Shown: positions 7,966 through 16,455 of the stretch, one piece after another
Layout of the letters: the number at the start of each line of letters is the position of its first letter
Position numbering within the stretch: the first letter of the stretch is position 1
Virus record (IMG/VR): IMGVR_UViG_3300042691_027609
Reading direction: 5' to 3' (one strand)
DNA: 64,000 nt
Source of the DNA: a virus
Notes under the pieces: generated by a model
The model's database searches: none
Seen by the model: the letters and a program-made list of their open reading frames with translations, nothing else
What the model was told of the DNA's origin: nothing
Translations under genes and position numbers: made by a program

Positions 7966-8856
7966 ATGAACAAAAACATTATCCTCGCCGCTCTTCAATC
8001 CCAGTTAGAAACAGTTAAAGCTGCAGCTATCAGCCACGAAGAGAACGTCTTCAATCCCGCTGTTGAGAAGCTTAAAGCCAAGATAGCTGAGTGGTTCCAC
8101 AACAACGTTATCACTGGGCTTCACGACATCGAGATCTCTTCTGAGCGTTTGACTATTACGCCTAACGATACTACCGCTTACGGATCTACTATCACTATCG
8201 ATTATAGATCTAACTGGAGAGGAGAGAATGGTTATTTTGAAACGTCTTGTTACCGTCCCGATCTAAAGTCTAACCAGGACAATTCTGAGACTGTGTTTTA
8301 TTTCAACGCTATGGCTGCAATTGCAACCAAATTCAGTGGCATCTGCGATAAGTTCAAAAGCAGTTGGTTGCCAGCTTACAGCAAATTGGCCGCTGCCAAG
8401 TCTGAGAAGTACGATGGGATCTACAATATAGAGAGAGAAATACGTACGTGCGAGGCTGAGATTGCTGTGCTAGAGAAAGAGATCTACAACCAGTCTGGCT
8501 TTGAGTTGACGTTGAAGCCGTATACAAATTACGACTCTAACTACGATAACGGCGAATGCGTATACACCAAGAAGCAAGACGAACACCACATCAGGGCTTA
8601 CTACGGTCGTAGCAAATGGGATTACGCTTACATCAATTCGTTCAAGGTTGTCAGCTTCCCTAAAGCCAAACACGGCAAAGTCGTATTAGAGTGGAAAGGC
8701 GGATCTGATGATACCAAGACTCGTACGGTTGAATTGAACAAAACACGTTACGCAGAGTTCATCAACGACGTATACGCTTGGGAAACCAAAGGCGCTGCTA
8801 GCAGAGAAGAAGACGTAAACGAAAGAGTAGCGAGATATAACAAAGTAGACGCCTAA
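7966..8856 (+). CDS. Hypothetical early protein
   Basis: 296-aa ORF after promoter motif; codon usage rich in AAC/ATC/TTC/GCT. Confidence 0.85.
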   Translation: MNKNIILAALQSQLETVKAAAISHEENVFNPAVEKLKAKIAEWFHNNVITGLHDIEISSERLTITPNDTTAYGSTITIDYRSNWRGENGYFETSCYRPDLKSNQDNSETVFYFNAMAAIATKFSGICDKFKSSWLPAYSKLAAAKSEKYDGIYNIEREIRTCEAEIAVLEKEIYNQSGFELTLKPYTNYDSNYDNGECVYTKKQDEHHIRAYYGRSKWDYAYINSFKVVSFPKAKHGKVVLEWKGGSDDTKTRTVELNKTRYAEFINDVYAWETKGAASREEDVNERVARYNKVDA

Positions 8857-8900
8857 TCCCATTCCATATTAAACATTAATCAAATATAAAAATAAAAGTT

Positions 8901-9374
8901 ATGTATCTAGTAAAAAACATTATCAACGCAATCCAGACCAGTAACTACTCTGAAATGTCAGAGAGCGAGATCAAAGTATTAGTAAAGAAAGCCAAGCGCG
9001 ACTACGGCACCACGAACAACACTCTTCGCAGGCTGTGCAATCACGGAGTGCTACGCAGAGACGTAGGCGTGTGTAAGAGCAGCAAACGTCCAAGTTGGTT
9101 GTACAAAATGGACATGAGCGAAGAGAGCGTGATCGAGTACATCGCCCGCAAAGAAGAGCAACAGGCCAAGTACAAGAATCGCGGTAAGCTGTTTGACTTC
9201 GGAGAGGAGTTCGGCATCAGCACCCATTTCGGAGACCGTCCGCTTGTTATCGGCCACGGACTTGCACCCGAACACCTTGAAGGCAAGTGCCTGATCGTGT
9301 CTGCCGATTTCGAGATGAGTATCACCGAAAACAGAAACGGCAGTCAGATGCTAACTTTCAAGAGAAAGCATTAA
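8901..9374 (+). CDS. Putative winged-helix DNA-binding protein
   Basis: TTNNTLRRLCNHGVLRR...KRPSWLY resembles a wHTH recognition helix plus wing. Confidence 0.55.
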   Translation: MYLVKNIINAIQTSNYSEMSESEIKVLVKKAKRDYGTTNNTLRRLCNHGVLRRDVGVCKSSKRPSWLYKMDMSEESVIEYIARKEEQQAKYKNRGKLFDFGEEFGISTHFGDRPLVIGHGLAPEHLEGKCLIVSADFEMSITENRNGSQMLTFKRKH

Positions 9375-9444
9375 TACCGAAAAGTTAATCTTTACCCTAT
9401 AGAACTAATCACGTAAATTTAATAATAATAAAACAATAAAAGTT

Positions 9445-10266
9445 ATGTCAACAAAAGCAACAGCATTCAAAGCCGGATCTATCAACACGATTTCTAGAGC
9501 AGTAGCAAAAGAGCAGGCGCCAGCCATCTTCGCAACCAAGCCTGCCGATTACATCAACCTAAACAGGTACCACTTCACACCAACCTTCGAGATCATAGAC
9601 ATGATGGAGGATATGGGCTACATGTTAACAGGAGCCAAGCAGAGCAAGACCAAGATACCTCTGCGCCGCGACCACGGTGTGCATATCGTAGAGTTTCAAC
9701 ACCCCGATCTGTACGTAAAGGACTCCGCTACAAACGAAGTAGAAGCCAGACCAACCATCGTATTGGTTAACTCATCTGACGGTAGTAGGCCAATCGACTT
9801 TCAAATGGGTATGTTCCGATTGGTATGTAGTAACGGTCTGATCGTTAAAGACAAAGACTTGGGAGGATTCAAAGAGAGACACACCAAGTTCAAGTTCCAA
9901 GAGATCAAGGATCTGATAGCAAGCAAGGTAGACATGTTGCCTAAGACCATAGAGAAGATAAACAAATGGAACGGTATAGAGATGGATGCCAAAGCCAGAC
10001 ACGCCTTCGCAGTAGAAGCATTAGCACTGCGTCTGAGTTCGGACAGACAACCCGAAACATACGAGATCCACGAGATCCTGAACCCACGCCGTAAGGAAGA
10101 CCAAGCTCACAACCTCTGGTGCACGTACAACGTTATCCAAGAGAACCTGATCAAGGGCGGCTTCCAAATGAATGAGAGGTCTGCTAGGCCCATCACCAAC
10201 CCTTGGCAAGACTTACAGCTGAACAAATCCCTCTGGGAGATGGCTGAGAAGTACGAGAACGCGTAA
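9445..10266 (+). CDS. DUF932-family protein
   Basis: APAIFA, RYHFTPT, LVNSSDGS, GMFRLVCSNGL, RRKED...LWCTYNVIQENLIKGG. Confidence 0.9.
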   Translation: MSTKATAFKAGSINTISRAVAKEQAPAIFATKPADYINLNRYHFTPTFEIIDMMEDMGYMLTGAKQSKTKIPLRRDHGVHIVEFQHPDLYVKDSATNEVEARPTIVLVNSSDGSRPIDFQMGMFRLVCSNGLIVKDKDLGGFKERHTKFKFQEIKDLIASKVDMLPKTIEKINKWNGIEMDAKARHAFAVEALALRLSSDRQPETYEIHEILNPRRKEDQAHNLWCTYNVIQENLIKGGFQMNERSARPITNPWQDLQLNKSLWEMAEKYENA

Positions 10267-10469
10267 GCGCGTCGGTTAAGACTCACTCACTAGTCGGTCG
10301 TTAGCGTCTCTCTACTGAGGCGCTAGCACCTAGCTAGCAACCCTTTAGCTCCCCGCCAAAGTGATAATATTCGTAGCTAGCGCTTTTGATAGGGGGCCCC
10401 TGGGGGTTAGCTGATCCCACACACAAGGAAATTTTCAAACTTAGTCAAAAAAATATTTACGTAAATACA

Positions 10470-10709
10470 ATGATTGATATGAAAAAACTAATGGCAATCT
10501 GTGTACTCGCTTTGGTCGGCTGTTACAACGATCCGCAGTCAACGAGCATGGAAGGCAACGGTGTCAAAGTAGAGCTGCTGTTTGTCAAAGACAGCATCAG
10601 AGTCTATCGCTTCTCCGACGGAGGGCGCTATCACTACTTCACCGATCGGTTGGAGACCATCAGCACAGCGAACGAAGGCAAGACACAAATAGACGAAAAC
10701 ATAAAATAA
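10470..10709 (+). CDS. DUF4884-like lipoprotein (start re-called at 10470 or 10479)
   Basis: Lipobox LVGC; VELLFVKDSIRVYRFSDGGRYHYFT. Confidence 0.7.
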   Translation: MIDMKKLMAICVLALVGCYNDPQSTSMEGNGVKVELLFVKDSIRVYRFSDGGRYHYFTDRLETISTANEGKTQIDENIK

Positions 10710-10715
10710 AACAAC

Positions 10716-10934
10716 ATGATAATCAAATTAACAACCATTGAAAACGAGCCGATACTTATCGGTACTGAAAGCATCATTGATATTAAGAATACTGCCATCA
10801 ACTACCCTGATAGTAAGGTTAAGGTAGTATGCGCAAAGATACAAAGCAGAGGTGCTATGGTACAAACAAACTATGTAAAAGAAACAGTCGAAGTAATCTT
10901 CGATATTATAAACAACCAAAATAAAACAGCATGA
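10716..10934 (+). CDS. FlbD/SwrD-like small protein
   Basis: MIIKLTTIENEPILIGTESI...YVKETVEVIFDII. Confidence 0.55.
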   Translation: MIIKLTTIENEPILIGTESIIDIKNTAINYPDSKVKVVCAKIQSRGAMVQTNYVKETVEVIFDIINNQNKTA

Positions 10935-11317
10935 AAAAAGCAGTAAACGAATTTTTGGACCTAGTAGAGGACGCACAAGACAGGATCATCGGGTTGGCAA
11001 ACGATTTGAACGCCAACAGTCACCGGGTCGAGTGGAGCATCGAGGACGAGGGCGATGGCGAGTTGAAGTTTAGGTGCCGTGTTCAGTGTACGTTTGGTCG
11101 CTTCGACAACTACCACTGCGGCAGCTACGTCAGCCTCAATCACCCGTTCGAAGAGGCCGAAGAGAGCATCCGCGAGATGCACTCCAAGTGGGCAGCAGAT
11201 AATGATCGCTACGAACGCAAGCGAGAAGAGGAAGAGATCAAACAGCGTCTGTACGACGAGTACCTGCAGGCGAACTCACGTAAAACCCCAACCCAGCTTT
11301 CGAGTACTACGGACTAA
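10931..11317 (+). CDS. Hypothetical protein
   Basis: ATGA-coupled ORF. Confidence 0.7.
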   Translation: MKKAVNEFLDLVEDAQDRIIGLANDLNANSHRVEWSIEDEGDGELKFRCRVQCTFGRFDNYHCGSYVSLNHPFEEAEESIREMHSKWAADNDRYERKREEEEIKQRLYDEYLQANSRKTPTQLSSTTD

Positions 11318-11394
11318 ATTGCGGTCGGGGACACGGGGAAGTTTTTCTTCTCCATCAGAAAGTAAATACGTATATTTAACTAAACAAACAAGTT

Positions 11395-11631
11395 ATGCAA
11401 GCAGAATTTATCCAAGAAGAACGCATCGACGGCACTGTCGTCTACTACACGCGTGTTGATGGTTACTACGTATCGGACTCTCTCAGCTTTCACCGGGATC
11501 GGGCCGAACAGTACTACGCTCGCATCGTGGCAGAGAGATCTAATACGCCAAAACAAACGGTACTCCAATCGCACCAGTTCGCACAGGGTTCAGCGGAGCC
11601 TGCGGACCTAACGGTTGCATCGGCAGATTGA
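11395..11631 (+). CDS. Hypothetical protein
   Basis: Promoter motif at 11370 and AAGTTATG start. Confidence 0.7.
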   Translation: MQAEFIQEERIDGTVVYYTRVDGYYVSDSLSFHRDRAEQYYARIVAERSNTPKQTVLQSHQFAQGSAEPADLTVASAD

Positions 11632-11680
11632 TTACGATGTGTCCTGTGAGTCACACTTTCACAAATTAGTTTTCGGTACT

Positions 11681-11749
11681 AGTCAGGTAGCTTAATTGGT
11701 AAAGCGGTTGCGCGAGTTTCCGTTACCGGTTCGAATCCGGTTCTGACTA
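11681..11749 (+). tRNA. tRNA-like gene with degenerate anticodon arm (isotype undetermined)
   Basis: Acceptor AGTCAGG/TCTGACT, D arm GCTT-AATTGGTA-AAGC, T arm ACCGG-TTCGAAT-CCGGT; only 19 nt between D and T arms, no 5-bp anticodon stem. Confidence 0.75.
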
Positions 11750-11754
11750 CAGAC

Positions 11755-11909
11755 TTTCACCTATGGCTGCACAGAGATCTGGTGAAACCCGTTAGGAGCT
11801 GCAGACTCATTGAACGGGGGCGTAGGCAACATTAACCTACAACGGTAGAGTGCCTTTAACCGGGTAAATTGGCGCCGCAAGCGACCAAGTGACCGTGGAA
11901 ATCTCTACC
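11755..11909 (+). ncRNA. Candidate structured ncRNA between the two tRNA-like genes
   Basis: Consecutive stems TTTCACC/GGTGAAA, CCCGTT/AACGGG, GTAGG/CCTAC, GGTAGAG/CTCTACC. Confidence 0.55.
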
Positions 11910-11914
11910 AACAC

Positions 11915-12018
11915 AGTCAGGTGGCGGAATGGTAGACGCTGCTAATCGGATATAGCAATTGGGACCGATCCTCCAACCGCGGAGTGCCCAAATAAAGGTT
12001 CGAATCCTTTCCTGACTA
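11915..12018 (+). tRNA. tRNA-like gene (Leu-type D arm) with 8-nt anticodon loop and oversized variable arm
   Basis: Acceptor AGTCAGG/CCTGACT, GGCGGAATGGTAGACGC, stem TGCTA/TAGCA around ATCGGATA, 33-nt extra arm, T arm AAAGG-TTCGAAT-CCTTT. Confidence 0.75.
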
Positions 12019-12181
12019 CAAAAAATAAAAGTTATGATAAACAGTGCATTTGAATTTACGTGGTCCGAACTGCTTAACTGCAAAATATACGTGTCGCTAA
12101 ACTAGGCTGGATGCTGACAAGCGATATATACGAATATACGTGGGGGGCGGCACGAATCCTAAATCCATTAAAATTTAACAC

Positions 12182-12304
12182 ATGAAAAGAAAATTTGAAG
12201 ACGCGTTTTACTTCTTTACTATATGGTTTGCCACTTCGATGATAGTCTTGTGGGTTATCGCAATTATTTGTAAATTAGTAATATCTATCAAGGAATCCAT
12301 TTAA
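12182..12304 (+). CDS. 40-aa single-TM peptide (not in ORF track)
   Basis: MKRKFEDAFYFFTIWFATSMIVLWVIAIICKLVISIKESI. Confidence 0.55.
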   Translation: MKRKFEDAFYFFTIWFATSMIVLWVIAIICKLVISIKESI

Positions 12305-12322
12305 ACAATCAAAATAAAAGTT

Positions 12323-12520
12323 ATGAACAACAATTACGATGCGTGCCGATCTGTGCACCAACTTGCAGGCTGTTACGAGGCGTTAACTGAGCTAGCTGTG
12401 ACTTATCTAAAGATAGGACCTGCGGAAAAGCGAGAGTTTTTTGCTAACTACTTGGAAGAGCGACTCGCTCAACTCAAAGAAGACTACAACACTATCTATA
12501 ACGTTAAAAAATCCAAGTAA
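12323..12520 (+). CDS. Hypothetical protein
   Basis: AAATAAAAGTTATG start context. Confidence 0.7.
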   Translation: MNNNYDACRSVHQLAGCYEALTELAVTYLKIGPAEKREFFANYLEERLAQLKEDYNTIYNVKKSK

Positions 12521-12738
12521 TGATAAAGTACAAAAAAACAAAAACTGGTCCCGTTGAGATAGATCTTACAGGACCCGATGGCAACGCTTTTAGTCTGATC
12601 GCTACGGCCGGCAGTTTGGCCAAGCAACTAGACTTGGACAAGAAAAAGATCCAATCTGAAATGATGGCTGGGGATTACGAGAACTTGCTTAAGGTGTTCG
12701 ATAAGTACTTCGGTGAGTACGTTACACTTTACAGATAA
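12520..12738 (+). CDS. Hypothetical phage protein
   Basis: EIDLTGPDGNAFSL...MMAGDYENLL; TAATG coupling. Confidence 0.8.
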   Translation: MIKYKKTKTGPVEIDLTGPDGNAFSLIATAGSLAKQLDLDKKKIQSEMMAGDYENLLKVFDKYFGEYVTLYR

Positions 12739-12786
12739 TCGCTTATCGATACCCAGCATTTTGTATATTAGTTAAAACAATTCAAC

Positions 12787-13014
12787 ATGAATAATCTACA
12801 GGAAAAATTTATACGTGGTTTGATGAGGTTCATCATCGGTATGGCAGTATTGTTTGGCGTTATGCTAGTTATGGTTATCTCTTGGGTGCTGTTTTGGGAT
12901 CGTCCAAACTTGGCAACCTCGATATGTACAGTAGCTATCGCCTACTTCATAGGATACGCTATAGATAAAACTCTCATACAACCCGATCAGAACAAAGTTG
13001 ACAACAAGCAATAA
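12787..13014 (+). CDS. Two-TM membrane protein
   Basis: Two hydrophobic helices. Confidence 0.7.
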   Translation: MNNLQEKFIRGLMRFIIGMAVLFGVMLVMVISWVLFWDRPNLATSICTVAIAYFIGYAIDKTLIQPDQNKVDNKQ

Positions 13015-13210
13015 CAATCAGATGGACAGACAAGAAGAAAAACAAGCGGAATACGTGGTTGAGATACTGGAAGCCAAGTTTCTGGGCGAATTGACGACCG
13101 CTATCAGACTCTATAAAGAAGAGTGGGAAGGCGATAAGTATCAACCAAGCGTCAGTTCTCCCAAGTTTGTAGATGGAGTTTGGAGAGCAGAAGCATCAAG
13201 ATTAGCTTAA
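12998..13210 (+). CDS. Hypothetical protein
   Basis: Packed ORF; the ATG at 13022 may be the true start. Confidence 0.6.
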   Translation: MTTSNNNQMDRQEEKQAEYVVEILEAKFLGELTTAIRLYKEEWEGDKYQPSVSSPKFVDGVWRAEASRLA

Positions 13211-13221
13211 AAAAACTAAAC

Positions 13222-13317
13222 ATGATAATGCTGTTAATCATATTGTCTATACTGTTAGCGTTTTCATTATACACAGTAGCTTTTTTTATAGACGAAGAAG
13301 AAAATACTAAGTTATGA
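13222..13317 (+). CDS. 31-aa single-TM peptide (not in ORF track)
   Basis: MIMLLIILSILLAFSLYTVAFFIDEEENTKL; stop overlaps next ATG. Confidence 0.55.
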   Translation: MIMLLIILSILLAFSLYTVAFFIDEEENTKL

Positions 13318-13619
13318 CAAAAAACTATCCGGTTAAAAGTGCGTCGGAACTCTACTCACAAGCCGACAAGATACTTGAAAATTTTAATTTTGAAAGAGTA
13401 CACGATCACATGAAATATACCAAATGGAGTTGGTATAACGGTGATGGAGAATACGGGGTGCCTTCTGTAGAGCAACTCAAGCAAACAGCAAACCAATTAC
13501 TGTTAGGCGTCATATCAAACGGAGAAGAAGTCGGTATGCACGCAACAGGCGGATTGCAAGCCATCAAATTTCCATGGGGATTAACACTAAATTTTATATA
13601 TGAACATTCAGAGGGTTAA
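13314..13619 (+). CDS. Hypothetical phage protein
   Basis: ILENFNFERVHDHM...WSW...PSVEQLK...ATGGL. Confidence 0.8.
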   Translation: MTKNYPVKSASELYSQADKILENFNFERVHDHMKYTKWSWYNGDGEYGVPSVEQLKQTANQLLLGVISNGEEVGMHATGGLQAIKFPWGLTLNFIYEHSEG

Positions 13620-13623
13620 AATT

Positions 13624-13848
13624 ATGCCAACAGTATCAGTAAGCAAAATCATCAACAAGTTTCTTTACGGAGAACTTGCACAACTAAAAGCCAAAGGCGA
13701 AAGCATGCCGTTAGACTACTTGGCTCTCATCCAGGAGTGCACAACTCTTGAAGATCTAATAGACGCCATAAACGGATATTACGATATGCGGTCCAGAGCA
13801 TCAGCTTGCCAGCACATCCTAAACGTGATGGACTACGAAGACGATTAA
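13624..13848 (+). CDS. Hypothetical protein (start re-called at 13624)
   Basis: ATG 4 nt after upstream stop. Confidence 0.65.
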   Translation: MPTVSVSKIINKFLYGELAQLKAKGESMPLDYLALIQECTTLEDLIDAINGYYDMRSRASACQHILNVMDYEDD

Positions 13849-13934
13849 TCTATCTTTTTGGTATCTATCTTTCACGTAGATAATATTCTTGTTTTTTATC
13901 GGGATATTTAGTATATTTAATAAAACAATTAGTT

Positions 13935-14549
13935 ATGATAGAGATGACAGTAAAAGAGAGAGCGTTTGTTAAATGGGTAAAAAACGAATGTAAAAAACAC
14001 GGTGTTGAATGTTGCCTACGTAAAGTAAAATATCTTAGATTAGAAAAAACCATTAAGTGTTCCGGATACTTCGATGATGGTTGTGGTGGTGGAGCACCAA
14101 AGCTAGTAGTTGCTGTAAACCGTCCGGATTGGTTAGAGATACTAGTACACGAATATTGCCACTTGACTCAGTGGAAATCAGGATACAAATTATGGAATCG
14201 AGCTGGAGAAAGTCTACATCACATAGAAAAATGGTTATCTGGTGAAAGGGTGTCTAGGATATCTAATCACTTAGCTAATGCTAGAGACCTCGAATTGGAC
14301 AACGAGAAGAGATCTGTAGAACTCATAAAGAAATGGAATCTCGATATTGATGTTGATAACTACATTAGAAAAGCCAATGCTTACATACAGTTTTATAATT
14401 ACTTGAGGATGAGTCGCAAGTGGAGTCTGCCAAGCAATTCTCCCTACACTAACAAAAATCTACTAAGCGTTATGTCTAATAAGTTCAATATGAACTATAA
14501 GAAAATGTCAAAGCGAGTAGAAAAAATATTCATTAAAGAAAATATATAA
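13935..14549 (+). CDS. Zincin-like metallopeptidase domain protein
   Basis: ILVHEYCH motif plus downstream LELDNE. Confidence 0.7.
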   Translation: MIEMTVKERAFVKWVKNECKKHGVECCLRKVKYLRLEKTIKCSGYFDDGCGGGAPKLVVAVNRPDWLEILVHEYCHLTQWKSGYKLWNRAGESLHHIEKWLSGERVSRISNHLANARDLELDNEKRSVELIKKWNLDIDVDNYIRKANAYIQFYNYLRMSRKWSLPSNSPYTNKNLLSVMSNKFNMNYKKMSKRVEKIFIKENI

Positions 14550-14551
14550 TC

Positions 14552-14764
14552 ATGATTGTTCAAGACAAGTATAGAACTAATCCGCTCTCTCACCAACCAG
14601 GCGGCCACACAGTGCATGTAATATTCGAAGATGGGTTCGAACAAATTTATGACAAAGTAAAATACCCCAAAGCATTCGTTAAAAAAATACACGGATCAAA
14701 CAAAACAGGTCGCAAGATAATTCATGTATATGTGGATGGCAAACCTCTTGTTAAATTCTTGTGA
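14552..14764 (+). CDS. Hypothetical protein
   Basis: Packed ORF. Confidence 0.7.
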   Translation: MIVQDKYRTNPLSHQPGGHTVHVIFEDGFEQIYDKVKYPKAFVKKIHGSNKTGRKIIHVYVDGKPLVKFL

Positions 14765-14766
14765 TT

Positions 14767-14782
14767 TGGCATAATTTTTGAT
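14767..14782 (+). promoter_or_regulatory. Sigma54-like -24/-12 promoter
   Basis: TGGCATAATTTTTGAT: GG with correct spacing to TTG(A). Confidence 0.5.
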
Positions 14783-14892
14783 ATTTATTTATAAAATGTT
14801 TAGTTTTGTTAAGATTTATTTCACTATTTCGCGATCTTATCAAAATTTAACAATTTACAGGACAAGTATTGTTAAACATTTAAAATAAAATC

Positions 14893-16278
14893 ATGAAAAA
14901 TCGTTTTTTTCTAGCAATCATTGCGATTGTATTACTTTTCTCGTGCAACAAAACACAAGACATTACACAAACTTTTAACCAACAAGAAAGAGCATCAGGT
15001 GTACTTCCAGACCCACCCGAACTCAAAGCAAAAATGAAATTACAGGTTTCACAAGAGTTTGCTCTACGTGGAAGAACTATCTCATTCGTCAATGGTAAAA
15101 GAACTCTAGACTTATCGGCTGTTGAAGCAAATCAATTTTTTCAAACCGAAGCAAAACCATCGAAAGGCAATTGGTCAGGTGGAAACGGTAGTGGAGGTGG
15201 AAATGGTGGAACTACCGGCGGTTCAACTAGTGGTGGAACTGTTGTAGTAGGTGATGTAACCGCACCAAGAATAATGATTACCACGCCTGAACCTGCACAA
15301 ATGTACAACTTACAATCTATGCAGTACACTAGAATGAGTTGGTTTATAGCAGCTGATGATGAAACTGACCTTCGCAGAGTTGTGGTGAAGATTAAAGGAG
15401 ATGTTGTTAAAGATACGTCAGGAATTATCAATGCAGATGGTACTAATGGTATATGGACCGTAATACAGGATATTTACAACTTTCCTTATGGTGACGGCGC
15501 TTACGATATGACAGCGCAAGCTTGGGATGCAAAAGGAAACACTACCATAACATCATTAGTGTTTTACCGTAATACGCAAATGACTCCTCTACCAACTAAC
15601 TTTCCATCAGCTTACACGATGCCTCATATGACTACCAACCAATACATTTCACAAGGTGGTGAAGGTAGTTGTGCAGCGTTCACTGTTGCAAATGCTTATT
15701 CTATCGACAGGTACAACAAAGAAGGTCAGACTGGTGGCTTCAATAGCAATAATGTATACTCGCCAGAATGGATTTACAATATCAGTCTTGCTAGATCTGG
15801 TAATACAGGATGTGGAGCTGGCTCAAGTATATTAGGTAACATGGGCATCGTTGTTAATTGTGGTGTTCCAACTTGGAATTACTTGCCGTATAGTTCTCAA
15901 AATGGATGTGATACATCTATGTTTACTGATGCTATCCGCAATAATGCTTCTCAAAATAAAGGTGTTTGGGGATATGCTGTTGCAACTGCAGATAGATCTT
16001 TAATTAAGATGAAAGTAACGCAAAATAAACCCGCTATGTTTGGGACTCAGATGGACCGACAGCTAACATACTGGATTTCTCCAAATACAATCTGGACTTT
16101 TCCACACTATCGTGATGGCGGACCACACAGTATGATAATCGTTGGGTACGATGATAGTAAAAATGCGTATCTAGTTCTTAATTCTTGGAGTTATGATTGG
16201 GGAAATGCTGGTAGAGTATGGATTGATTACGATTTCTTTGAACAAGAAGTTACAGGTGCTTGTTGGTACTTTGGATAA
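14893..16278 (+). CDS. Lipoprotein: Ig-like domain plus papain-family (C1) cysteine protease
   Basis: Lipobox LLFSC; Gly-rich linker; DVTAP...AWDAKGN Ig-like domain; QGGEGSCAAF, HSMIIVGYDD, NSW, WG catalytic motifs. Confidence 0.9.
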   Translation: MKNRFFLAIIAIVLLFSCNKTQDITQTFNQQERASGVLPDPPELKAKMKLQVSQEFALRGRTISFVNGKRTLDLSAVEANQFFQTEAKPSKGNWSGGNGSGGGNGGTTGGSTSGGTVVVGDVTAPRIMITTPEPAQMYNLQSMQYTRMSWFIAADDETDLRRVVVKIKGDVVKDTSGIINADGTNGIWTVIQDIYNFPYGDGAYDMTAQAWDAKGNTTITSLVFYRNTQMTPLPTNFPSAYTMPHMTTNQYISQGGEGSCAAFTVANAYSIDRYNKEGQTGGFNSNNVYSPEWIYNISLARSGNTGCGAGSSILGNMGIVVNCGVPTWNYLPYSSQNGCDTSMFTDAIRNNASQNKGVWGYAVATADRSLIKMKVTQNKPAMFGTQMDRQLTYWISPNTIWTFPHYRDGGPHSMIIVGYDDSKNAYLVLNSWSYDWGNAGRVWIDYDFFEQEVTGACWYFG

Positions 16279-16308
16279 CATTCATATTTTTTATAATAAT
16301 TCAATAAT

Positions 16309-16337
16309 ATCCCTCACTTAATTGTGGGGGATTTTTA
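16309..16337 (+). terminator. Rho-independent terminator
   Basis: ATCCCTCAC-ttaatt-GTGGGGGAT followed by T run. Confidence 0.75.
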
Positions 16338-16455
16338 TTACAGTTAACATATTTATACAAGTCTTAGTGCGTATTTTATCGCATTTGCTTTTTTGTTGCT
16401 TCTATGCAATATTATCGATGTCTATTACCTAGACGCAGATATAAACTAGTATAAA

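Noticed and set aside
11079-11459. 126-aa + strand ORF
   Set aside because: Alternative frame of the GC-richer gene 10931 and crosses a promoter.
11750-11830. Theta/HDV-like ribozyme or tmRNA after the first tRNA-like gene
   Set aside because: Could not build the nested double pseudoknot; GGGGGCGTA lacks the tmRNA TTCGAC element and no tag ORF is evident.
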